Positions 20,201 to 28,120 of a DNA stretch of 64,000 nt are shown here, piece by piece. The DNA is from a virus. A model generated the notes under the pieces. The model ran no database searches and was not told the DNA's origin. It saw only the letters and a program-made list of their open reading frames with translations. The stretch's first letter is position 1. Each line of letters opens with the position of its first letter. The stretch lies in IMG/VR virus record IMGVR_UViG_3300036045_000007; one strand, written 5' to 3'. Both the position numbers and the translations under genes were made by a program.

Positions 20201-21528
20201 AGTACGCCCGCGCGATCGACGTTCCTTGGGAGAACGTCGGGCCAGGCGACAATGTGCTGATCCACGCACTGCCGAACGGCGAAGCGTACCGCGACAAGAT
20301 TCAACTATTCCACCAGGGCACGGTCGGCAATCCGATCAAGGTGCTCGGTGTGCCTGATCCGACGACTGGTAAGCTCCCGCGATTCGACGCTGATGGCGCC
20401 GAAGAATGGAAGGGATCGAAATACTGGCACCCTGATCCTGCCAAGGGCGGCGTCATCACGTTCTCGCCACTCGGCGCCGCTGGCTTGCGCCCCAAGCACA
20501 TCATCCTCGATGGCATCGAGACGCACGGCTGCGTTCGTGAGAAGAAGTTCACCAACGCCAATGGCGAGAAGACCGGGTGGGGTTGGGCCTGCGCTGGCGT
20601 GGCGTTCCAAAAGTCCGAGAACTGCCAGATGTCCAACTGCTTCAGCCACGACAACGAGAACGGTGTGTTCGGCAAGAGCTACGGATACACCGCGCTCGAC
20701 CTACTCAACATCGTGCTCGACGGCAACGTGTTCCAAGGCAACGGCATCGTCGGCTCGGTCCACTATCACAACACTTATCTCGAAGGGGTCGGGACAACTT
20801 ATCGCCGCAACAAGTACGGCAAGCTCAAGACTGGCTCGGCTGGCGCCACGCTCAAGGATCGGAGTGCTGGTGCGGTGATCGCGTTCAACCACATCTCGGG
20901 CAGCGGGCTCCTGCTCGATCTCGTCGAGCCGGAAGACGGCATCGGGACGTTCGTCCAAACGCCGCAGTGGGGAAGTACCTGGGTGTACGGCAACGCCATC
21001 ATCAACCCCCAATGGAATTGGGCGAACTCGATGATCCACTTCGGCTTCGACGGCGATTGGCAGAATCGACAGCTCGACCTTTACTTCTGGTTCAACACGC
21101 TGGTCAGCATCAACGACCGTGACGCGGGCGGTCGATGGTATACCGTGATCTTCAAGCACGAGGGGCGAACGATCTATCCGTACAACAACGTGTTCCAGAG
21201 CTACTCGCCCGATCCAAAGCACTGGTCTGGTGACTTCATCTGGTCCTACTCATCGGGCGGGGAGTTCGACATCGGCGTGAATTACGTGCCGCTCTGGTTG
21301 CAGAAGGGCAACTCGGTGTGGAAGGGCGAAGGCAACTTCGTCGCTGCCAACGATCCGGGGTTTGTCAACCAGTTCACCGGCAACTACAACATCGCCGAGG
21401 ACTCAATCTGCAAAGGCAAAGCGAGCCGCCTGCCTCGTAACCTGCAACGTCCTCGGCTCCAGTTCGACTTCGACAAGGGTGCATGGGCGCACCGGCAGGC
21501 GATCCGCAGCCTGGGCGTCATCGAGTAA
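20170..21528 (+). CDS. right-handed beta-helix (pectate-lyase-fold) protein, putative tailspike/depolymerase
   Basis: 452 aa. Repeated N-x-x-x-N/G turns (NCQMSNCFSHDNENGVFG, LDGNVFQGNGIVGSVHYHNTYLEG) typical of parallel beta-helix polysaccharide lyases. Confidence 0.6.
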   Translation: MATYEVGKRMKYARAIDVPWENVGPGDNVLIHALPNGEAYRDKIQLFHQGTVGNPIKVLGVPDPTTGKLPRFDADGAEEWKGSKYWHPDPAKGGVITFSPLGAAGLRPKHIILDGIETHGCVREKKFTNANGEKTGWGWACAGVAFQKSENCQMSNCFSHDNENGVFGKSYGYTALDLLNIVLDGNVFQGNGIVGSVHYHNTYLEGVGTTYRRNKYGKLKTGSAGATLKDRSAGAVIAFNHISGSGLLLDLVEPEDGIGTFVQTPQWGSTWVYGNAIINPQWNWANSMIHFGFDGDWQNRQLDLYFWFNTLVSINDRDAGGRWYTVIFKHEGRTIYPYNNVFQSYSPDPKHWSGDFIWSYSSGGEFDIGVNYVPLWLQKGNSVWKGEGNFVAANDPGFVNQFTGNYNIAEDSICKGKASRLPRNLQRPRLQFDFDKGAWAHRQAIRSLGVIE

Positions 21529-21531
21529 GCG

Positions 21532-21714
21532 ATGCCATTGAAGAAGGGATCGAGCGACGAGACCGTAAGCTCAAACGTCTCCGAACTACGCCACTCTGGA
21601 TACCCGCAGAAGCAAGCCGTCGCCATCGCGATGAACGAGGCAGGCCGATCCAGGGTGGGAGTTCGGAAGCGGAAGAAGAAGAAAGTCGGTGTCAAAAAAA
21701 GTGGCGACAGTTAG
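21532..21714 (+). CDS. small basic protein
   Basis: 60 aa: [37 protein letters not shown] plus a Lys-rich tail. Resembles a widespread small QAVAIA-motif family (from memory, unverified). Confidence 0.5.
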   Translation: MPLKKGSSDETVSSNVSELRHSGYPQKQAVAIAMNEAGRSRVGVRKRKKKKVGVKKSGDS

Positions 21715-21743
21715 TTGACAGTCACCCTTCGCCCGATTACAAT
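21715..21743 (+). promoter_or_regulatory. sigma70-type promoter (TTGACA-17-TACAAT) of the moron
   Basis: TTGACA 21715-21720, 17-nt spacer, TACAAT 21738-21743. Preceded by AAAGTGGCGACAGTT (box at 21703-21712). Confidence 0.6.
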
Positions 21744-21784
21744 TTTTGCCATAGGAGCGTGTCCCTTCGGAGGGCATGGGTTCA

Positions 21785-22204
21785 ATGGCGAACTCTGGTT
21801 GCTGCATTCGCGTTGCAGTCGGGAGCTTGCTGCTCACCGCAGCATGGCTCAAGTACACCAGCAATTCCCACGTTGACGTTCTCATCATCAAGGCCGAGGC
21901 TATGCTCGGCATCTGGCTAATTTCCGGGTGGGCATATCGCTACGCCTGGACAATCACCATCTTGCTCTTCCTTGGCGCCATCCCGCTGAACGTCCATGCG
22001 ATGTTCACCGGCGAACCGTGCGCCTGTTTCGGCAACGTAGTGCGGCTTCAGCCCTGGGTCACAGGCGTTCTGGACCTGGGCGTGATCGTGTTGTTGGGTG
22101 TCGCCAGTCCAAAGGCAAAGGGAGTTCGCAATGAGAACGGATCGAGTGCTGTGGAGTCTTGGTGTCGCGTTGCTCACATTAAGCGTCATCGCCGCGCCGA
22201 GTGA
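21785..22204 (+). CDS. MauE/DoxX-like 4-TM membrane protein
   Basis: Four hydrophobic helices with a CACFG motif between TM3 and TM4. Start is 21776 or 21785 (GGAGGG upstream). The last 74 nt overlap the next gene. Confidence 0.5.
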   Translation: MANSGCCIRVAVGSLLLTAAWLKYTSNSHVDVLIIKAEAMLGIWLISGWAYRYAWTITILLFLGAIPLNVHAMFTGEPCACFGNVVRLQPWVTGVLDLGVIVLLGVASPKAKGVRNENGSSAVESWCRVAHIKRHRRAE

Positions 22205-22415
22205 TGCCGCGCCTGTCCAGTACAAAGTCGCCGAAACGCAACGCTGCGACGGCGACTCGGTATGCAATCCATCGACGACGGACCAGTGCTTCCTGAAGTA
22301 CAACAGCAACCCCCCATGCACTGGCGGGAATTGCAGCCAAACGACAAAAAAGACGGAGTGTGGTAAATGTAAGTGCAAGGACGACGGTTCCCAATGTCTT
22401 TGTCGTTTGAACTAG
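22131..22415 (+). CDS. secreted cysteine-rich mini-protein (10 Cys)
   Basis: ATG at 22131 after AAGGGAG. Signal peptide MRTDRVLWSLGVALLTLSVIAAPSDA. Mature ~68 aa with 10 Cys, including ECGKCKCKDDGSQCLC. Confidence 0.55.
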   Translation: MRTDRVLWSLGVALLTLSVIAAPSDAAPVQYKVAETQRCDGDSVCNPSTTDQCFLKYNSNPPCTGGNCSQTTKKTECGKCKCKDDGSQCLCRLN

Positions 22416-22422
22416 GAGCATC

Positions 22423-23352
22423 ATGAAGAAGACAGCGTTGGTAGTCGCGGCGGCTCTGCTCGGTGGCGGCGCCGACTGGCAGGATGCAGCCAAGGGATGG
22501 CAGGCGTATCGAGAGGGAGCACGGAAGCTCCAAGGATCGTACACCTGGGACAGCGTAAAGTCCGGGCCCGAGCAGGGCTGGCGAACCAGGCGTAATTACC
22601 AGATCAGGCAACGCAGCGGGTGTGCCCTGTTCATGGAGCAGTGCGTCACCAATAACAACGAACCTGATCCGGTCGGTTGGGTGTGGGTGCTCAACGAGAA
22701 CTATGGCTTCGAGCTGAAGCGCACTCAGTGCGATGGTCCGTGGACGCTCCATTCGATGGACGACAAGCTGAGTGACGGCGTGCAATTCGACCTGGCCGGT
22801 GCCCCGGCAACGCGGGTTGATGCCGTCTCTCTTTGCCCGGTGAGCCTAGCCAGCATCGTGCCGATCAACCGGCAGTCACAGATTCACACCATCGACGCCG
22901 ACCCCGCATTCTCGTTGGTGAGCATGGCGCCGGAAGGTGATCTGGTGAGAGTGACGTTCAGCTACGGCGATCAAGTCGTGCGCGGCGGCTGGATGCTCTG
23001 CGATCCGAAGCGCCTGTGGATCATTCGTGAGTGTGAGACGCGGATGGCGTGGGGCGACACGACCGGCACTGTCCGTGTGACAATGGACTATGACGACGGG
23101 TCGTTCCCGATCCTGCGGCACATGGCCAAACTCAAGCCGCCGACCAAGCCTCCCGGCTGGACCGGCGAGGATCACTACAACTTCGATCTGAACCAGGCCA
23201 AGGCGTCTGAAGATGAGTTCACGTTACCAGCGTTCGGCTTCGCCGAGCTTCCTCAGTTCGAGAAGCCGAGCCGCTGGTACTTGTGGGTTGGCGGGGTGGG
23301 CGTTGCGTGCCTGCTCGCGGCACTCATTTGGCGTTGGCTGGCGACTCGTTGA
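22423..23352 (+). CDS. secreted protein with C-terminal membrane anchor
   Basis: 309 aa. Signal peptide MKKTALVVAAALLGGGA. C-terminal FTLPAFGFAELPQFEKPSRWYLWVGGVGVACLLAALIW anchor. TAGGAG upstream. Confidence 0.6.
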   Translation: MKKTALVVAAALLGGGADWQDAAKGWQAYREGARKLQGSYTWDSVKSGPEQGWRTRRNYQIRQRSGCALFMEQCVTNNNEPDPVGWVWVLNENYGFELKRTQCDGPWTLHSMDDKLSDGVQFDLAGAPATRVDAVSLCPVSLASIVPINRQSQIHTIDADPAFSLVSMAPEGDLVRVTFSYGDQVVRGGWMLCDPKRLWIIRECETRMAWGDTTGTVRVTMDYDDGSFPILRHMAKLKPPTKPPGWTGEDHYNFDLNQAKASEDEFTLPAFGFAELPQFEKPSRWYLWVGGVGVACLLAALIWRWLATR

Positions 23353-23587
23353 CTTCAATCGAGTTCACACTGATCCAGCCACGGAATATGTAGCGCTGGC
23401 CTTCGATCTCGTTGGTCGAGCACCGCCCGCGCCGGCTCGCTGACGGTCGAGGCGTTCTCGTGGGCGGGCGGCTGTCTGGTCGTGAGGGACGCGGATGGCG
23501 ATGAGATTGTCATGTCGCGCGCCGACGCGGGGAAACTCGCCCCCGTGCTCGCGCGGTTCGCGGAGACGGGGGCGGTGTAGAGGGGGG

Positions 23588-23890
23588 TCACGCGCGATGC
23601 CGGTTGACGTAGCCCAATTTTTTCCCAGCCCAGACGCGCAGTGGCGAGTCGGGCAGCAAATCAATCAAATCCTGCATGGTCATGCCCGCGCGGGCAGCCT
23701 CGTCCCACGCCGCGCATATCGCCGTGCGATCGCGCGACCGGCCAAATAGCCGGGCCGCGACTAGTTTCTCCAGGGCGGTCGCCGCGGCCCAGTTCTCCGG
23801 CCAGCCCATTGCCCGCGCCAGTTCCGTGGGAACCGTCGCGGGCATGGCGAGTGTCGGAGGCACGGCGGCGACTATTCGTGGCATGTTCAT
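23588..23890 (-). CDS. hypothetical protein
   Basis: 100-aa ORF, last gene of the minus-strand block, ATGA coupling with the upstream gene. Confidence 0.45.
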   Translation of the reverse strand: MNMPRIVAAVPPTLAMPATVPTELARAMGWPENWAAATALEKLVAARLFGRSRDRTAICAAWDEAARAGMTMQDLIDLLPDSPLRVWAGKKLGYVNRHRA

Positions 23891-24129
23891 CGTTCGCCAG
23901 CGTCTATTTTTGTGATCCTGGCCTGTATTTGTTCGTCGCTAATGGGGTTATCGTTTTCGTCGAGAGTGTCGCCACCGTCGTCATCGTTAAACGCCGTGCA
24001 CACGTAGTGATCGCGGTAGCAAACGTCACCCGTCTCGTAGGTAGCCTCTGCGGCATACCCATCAATCTCGTCCCACGTCAGACCGGTTAATTTTCCAATC
24101 GAAAATCCATTGGTCACCAGCGCTTTCAT
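23887..24129 (-). CDS. hypothetical acidic protein
   Basis: 80 aa, AGGGAG 7 nt upstream of ATG, Asp-rich C-terminal half. Confidence 0.5.
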   Translation of the reverse strand: MKALVTNGFSIGKLTGLTWDEIDGYAAEATYETGDVCYRDHYVCTAFNDDDGGDTLDENDNPISDEQIQARITKIDAGER

Positions 24130-24276
24130 CGTTAATCTCCCTGCCCGCGCTCGCGGGCTGTTAGTGGTCCCGCTCGCGCGGGGGAGGTATAGGTTCCTGT
24201 TTAGCGTCCCACCCGCGCCGTTGTGTAACGACCTGGCCGTTTACGCAACCGGATCACGGCGGGGCGGGACGTGTTT

Positions 24277-24564
24277 TTAGTTGTTCCACGGGCCGGGTGT
24301 CAGGCCGCGGCGCTCGCATTCCGCGCGGGTCAGCGCCGCGGCGCGGCGCTGACCGTGAACCGCGACACCGTAGCTCCCATCCTCGGAGCGAATCACGCGG
24401 CCAGAGCAAAACTCCGGCGCAGGTATGTGGCTGCTCTGATTGCCGTCCCAAACCACGTTTAATTTTTGCTCGGCGGCGACAATCTGCCGCCGTGTGTCGT
24501 ACCACTCCGGCCTGCCACCGGTGAGTGCTACGAGCGAATCGGTTCTGGTTTTCAAATTAGACAT
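24277..24564 (-). CDS. hypothetical protein
   Basis: 95 aa, GAGGGGGA upstream. First gene downstream of promoter 24627-24654. Confidence 0.5.
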   Translation of the reverse strand: MSNLKTRTDSLVALTGGRPEWYDTRRQIVAAEQKLNVVWDGNQSSHIPAPEFCSGRVIRSEDGSYGVAVHGQRRAAALTRAECERRGLTPGPWNN

Positions 24565-24626
24565 TTTTCCATCCCCCTCACCCCCACTCGCGGGGGTCGC
24601 GTGTAGTCGTTGTTGACTACACTTTA

Positions 24627-24654
24627 ATTATAACGTCAGCGTTATGATTGTCAA
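24627..24654 (-). promoter_or_regulatory. consensus sigma70 promoter (TTGACA-16-TATAAT) with overlapping palindromic operator
   Basis: Minus strand reads TTGACAATCATAACGCTGACGTTATAAT. The palindrome ATAACG-N4-CGTTAT (24630-24645) covers the spacer and -10. Confidence 0.6.
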
Positions 24655-24659
24655 TAGTG

Positions 24660-24902
24660 CTATCGGTTTTTTTCGCGTTTTTTCCGAGATTTTTTCTCTT
24701 GCTGTAACTCGGTGCGGCGCTTGAAGTTGGGATTGCCGACCGGGAGTTTCACGAACGAATCGATATCGCTGGTGGAAAAATACAGGTCGCGCCCACGCAA
24801 CGCGGGGGTCAGTCTGCCGTCCATGACCAGCCGCCGCACGCGGCCAGGGGTGACGTTGAGCCGCGCGGCGGCCTGAGCGGTGGTGAGTAGATTAGTAGTC
24901 AT
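24660..24902 (-). CDS. excisionase/MerR-type HTH DNA-binding protein (candidate regulator)
   Basis: LLTTAQAAARLNVTPGRVRRLVMDGRL helix-turn-helix. ATG at 24902 lies only 7 nt after the -10 of promoter 24910-24937, so the mRNA would be leaderless. The track start 24932 would lie upstream of that TSS. Confidence 0.6.
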   Translation of the reverse strand: MTTNLLTTAQAAARLNVTPGRVRRLVMDGRLTPALRGRDLYFSTSDIDSFVKLPVGNPNFKRRTELQQEKKSRKKREKNR

Positions 24903-24909
24903 TCCAGCA

Positions 24910-24937
24910 ATTGTAACGCTGGCGTTAACCATGTCAA
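24910..24937 (-). promoter_or_regulatory. sigma70 promoter (TTGACA-16-TACAAT) with second copy of the operator
   Basis: Minus strand reads TTGACATGGTTAACGCCAGCGTTACAAT. The palindrome TAACG-N4-CGTTA is at 24914-24927. Confidence 0.6.
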
Positions 24938-25026
24938 GGAAAGAAAAACCGCCGGGGCCGCAAAACTCAGTTCTTCCGACCGCACACCTTCACCGAGCAC
25001 ATTAGCTCATCGTGGTTCACGTTCAT

Positions 25027-27282
25027 TTATGCCGCCTCTTGAAAGCCTGCGGCTTGAAGCCGCGTCTCCTCATCCGTGAACAACTCAGGGAATAACGTCC
25101 GTGCTTCCGCTTCCATCTCGTTCATCTGGGCGCCGAACTCTTCGAGCGTCATCGGGCTACCGTTCGCACTGCCGACCTTCACCCACTGCCTGGTCGGGCA
25201 ACCCTCGTCGATCCGCTCGGCCAGGCTCTTGGCCAGTGCCATCTCGATCCCTTCGTCGCCGGACATGGCGACCAAGCCGTCGCTGCTGAACTTCCCTTCG
25301 ATGGCCTGAGCAGCGGTGAGCTTGCGGCCCATGAGGGACATCGCCCTGGCCTGCATCGTCTCGTTGTAGAACAGGTAGTACACCTTGCACGGCAGGCGTT
25401 GTCCGATCCGCCACGACCGGCGACTGGCTTGCCGCAAGGTGAACAGGTTGTACCCGGTCGCGTAGAACACGAGCGTCGGGAAGTTGTGCTTGCCGCCCTT
25501 GTCGAACAGATCGAGCCCGGTCTCCACCAACTTCGGGTGTGAGATAATCACGTCGTTCTTGGGACCGTGCCGCTCGATCCATTCCTCTCGCTTCTTCAGC
25601 TCGACCGCAGAGGTGAGCACCTCGGCCTTAACCCCGGCCTTGGTGATGAGGTTTTTCAACCGCGTGGCGACATCCCGTTCGCCGGTCATGACGGTGTATA
25701 CCCAAACCTGGCGTCCTGCCCGGCGCTCTTCTTCGATGATGTCGAGTAGCTTCTGTTCCTTCGGCCTGATCGTCCGTTCGTCGAAGTTGGCTGGCTTGAC
25801 GACGGGAATGAAGCACGTGCCGCCCATCGCATCGTTGCCGTAGTAGCCAACGGTATCCCATCCGAACGGGTAGTCCGGGTAGGCGAGCAGGGTTTGAAGG
25901 AACGTGCCGAGGAACCGCTTGTCCTTCCTGGCAACCATGTCCTTGATAACTTCCTCCATGATCTTCTGGATGCGTAGGTACTCAGGACCGATCTCGCTGT
26001 CCAAGTCCACGCCGCACACCGTCTCTTCGAGGACGGGCAAGTTGGCGGCTACCTCTTCCAATCCCAGGAACACGGCGTTCTGCATAAGGTGCCGACCGAA
26101 CAGCGTGGGCATGATGCCGGGGCGAATGTACTTCTGCGTGTTCTTCGACGTGCCACGGCTCTGACGGTTCGAGTCGCTGGCCCGCTCTCGCTCAGTCACT
26201 CTCGTCTCAATGCGTCCGTACTTCTCACTGAACGCAGTCACCTGGCTCCAGGCAAAGCCCTCTTCAACCAGACTGGTAGGCGACAGTCTGAATAGCAGCG
26301 TGCGAACGTGCTCGGCGTAGCCGCCGATCAACGTGCCGGTCAAGGCCAGGCATTTGCGAGCCGACGCTGCGAGGGCCCCGAACGCATTGGCCTGGGCGGT
26401 GTTGGCTCCCTTCTCCTCGTGTGCCTCATCACCGATGAAGTAATCGAAGTAGCCCTTCATCTTCTTGTGGATGAAGTGGGCTGGTTCATAGCGGCGAAGC
26501 TCGCCGGTCATCTGCCAGAGCGGTTCACCGCAGACGCTCAACTTGTCGGTCAGCGGATCACGCACCGGCAGATGGCACGTCATCCGCCTTCTCTGCAAAT
26601 CCTCGACCGCCAGGTTCTCTCCCATTTCAGCAGCCACGTCGTCGTTCTCTTTGCCCTTTTTGGTGAGGCGACCGCAGCAGCTCGGGCAGCGGATGAACGA
26701 TTCCTTGCGGCGTTGATACCAGACCGGCTCCCACTTGGCGCCGAGCTTGGCACGGTCGCGGGCGACGATGTACCACGTCGGCTTGTCCGCTGGCAACCAG
26801 CTCCGCACCATGCGAGTGCGGCCACGCTTGGTCTCAGGAACCAGGCGGTAATTGCCACGGTAGTACCGAACGAGATCACGGTGACTCTCGATGTGGATGA
26901 CGCGGGCGTTGGGCACGGTCTCAAGAATCTCCCGCTCCCACTTCTTCACCAGTTGGCCGGGACACATGACGATCGCGCGGTACGCCGCCTTGTGCTCGGT
27001 CATTCGGTTGTGCGTCTCGACGATGCCCTGGGCAATGAGCGTCTTGCCTACCCCCATCTCGCCGATCACCATGAGCGATTCGTTCTCGGTCAATGCTTTG
27101 GCACCAGCGCAGATCACGTGGGCCTGCGGCTCGAACGGTTTCCGCTTCAGCTCGGCGACGAACAGATCGTCCCGACCAGGCGAGTGCAGCGGTGTCATCG
27201 CCTGCTCTGCGTGCCTGGCCAGCAGTTTCCCATAAACTGCGAGGTACTCGTCTAAACTGTGCAGGTCTTCAATGGTCGGCAT
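25027..27282 (-). CDS. SNF2/DEAD-like superfamily-2 helicase with Zn-ribbon insertion
   Basis: Walker A GEMGVGKTLIA, DEAH box GDEAHEEKG, C-terminal helicase motifs (QASRRSWRIGQ). CPSCCGRL..CHLP insertion. Confidence 0.85.
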   Translation of the reverse strand: MPTIEDLHSLDEYLAVYGKLLARHAEQAMTPLHSPGRDDLFVAELKRKPFEPQAHVICAGAKALTENESLMVIGEMGVGKTLIAQGIVETHNRMTEHKAAYRAIVMCPGQLVKKWEREILETVPNARVIHIESHRDLVRYYRGNYRLVPETKRGRTRMVRSWLPADKPTWYIVARDRAKLGAKWEPVWYQRRKESFIRCPSCCGRLTKKGKENDDVAAEMGENLAVEDLQRRRMTCHLPVRDPLTDKLSVCGEPLWQMTGELRRYEPAHFIHKKMKGYFDYFIGDEAHEEKGANTAQANAFGALAASARKCLALTGTLIGGYAEHVRTLLFRLSPTSLVEEGFAWSQVTAFSEKYGRIETRVTERERASDSNRQSRGTSKNTQKYIRPGIMPTLFGRHLMQNAVFLGLEEVAANLPVLEETVCGVDLDSEIGPEYLRIQKIMEEVIKDMVARKDKRFLGTFLQTLLAYPDYPFGWDTVGYYGNDAMGGTCFIPVVKPANFDERTIRPKEQKLLDIIEEERRAGRQVWVYTVMTGERDVATRLKNLITKAGVKAEVLTSAVELKKREEWIERHGPKNDVIISHPKLVETGLDLFDKGGKHNFPTLVFYATGYNLFTLRQASRRSWRIGQRLPCKVYYLFYNETMQARAMSLMGRKLTAAQAIEGKFSSDGLVAMSGDEGIEMALAKSLAERIDEGCPTRQWVKVGSANGSPMTLEEFGAQMNEMEAEARTLFPELFTDEETRLQAAGFQEAA

Positions 27283-27461
27283 TACTTCTCTCCTTTCAGT
27301 TTTTCGGTCTTGACGCTGATGCGTTCAAGCATCACGAGGTCGTCCGGCTTGTCGCCGGCATCAGCCATCGCTTCGGCTTCACTAATAACATCCGCACGTG
27401 TGCCCTCTAGGTCGTACACAAGTTCGACCTGTGCTTTGATTGATACGCGATATACACTCAT
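27282..27461 (-). CDS. small hypothetical protein
   Basis: 59 aa from the ATG at 27461 (GGAGGG upstream, ATGA overlap with the upstream stop). The track ORF extends further 5'. Confidence 0.45.
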   Translation of the reverse strand: MSVYRVSIKAQVELVYDLEGTRADVISEAEAMADAGDKPDDLVMLERISVKTEKLKGEK

Positions 27462-28120
27462 GCGACCCTCCGAGGAATAGTTAGGTGTCGATTCCGCAAG
27501 CCGCTGCTGACCAGCTCGTCGAAGCCGTCGGTGTGCAGGTACAACATGCCGCTGAACGTCTGGCATCCGTCGCAGACTTCGAGCGTGGCGCCGCTGTGCC
27601 GATCACCCGCACATAACTTCTTCGCCATCCAGGGCACCCACTCTCGAATGAATGGCGTGGTATACCGTGGCATCTGCAACGCCAGTTCGAGTGCGGTCTC
27701 GTTGAGGACCGGGATGAATCCCTCGTCCATCGCAACCGAAACCATGTGGTAGGTGTTGTAACCCAGGCGTTGGGTGAAGTGGCGATAGCCATGCGGCGAC
27801 CGCACCAGATCGGCGCCGAGGTACTTCTTCTTGCCTTTGAATCCGTCGTGCGTGTAACGCTCGACCCGGAACGGTCCGTCGAAGTGAGCGAAGAAGTTGT
27901 GGTCCCCGCTCAGGTGAGCACGTGTCGCTTTGATGCTGGTCTCCGGTCCGGCGACGGACAGGAGCATGATCTGTCGGTTGAACACGGAGATGGAGTCGGA
28001 CCTCAGTTTGAAGCTCGACTGCTCGCCGTTGACGGTGAGGGCATGGACGTTCCAGTCAACTCCTGTGCCCGCAACAGGAATTCCGCCGAACACGCTCGGC
28101 GAATGCGCATGATCGACCAT
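27458..28120 (-). CDS. hypothetical protein
   Basis: 220-aa ORF, no domain recognised. The first 118 nt overlap the recombinase 3' end, so the true start may be internal. Confidence 0.45.
   Translation of the reverse strand: MVDHAHSPSVFGGIPVAGTGVDWNVHALTVNGEQSSFKLRSDSISVFNRQIMLLSVAGPETSIKATRAHLSGDHNFFAHFDGPFRVERYTHDGFKGKKKYLGADLVRSPHGYRHFTQRLGYNTYHMVSVAMDEGFIPVLNETALELALQMPRYTTPFIREWVPWMAKKLCAGDRHSGATLEVCDGCQTFSGMLYLHTDGFDELVSSGLRNRHLTIPRRVA

Noticed and set aside
22098-22130. Upstream start (track Met at 22098) for the Cys-rich peptide
   Set aside because: It would add 11 residues before the signal peptide and lacks an SD. The ATG at 22131 follows AAGGGAG at good spacing.
23365-23664. Minus-strand ORFs of 78-99 aa in the convergent gap
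   Set aside because: They have Arg/Pro/Ala-rich shadow composition, no SD, and overlap the better-supported 23588-23890.
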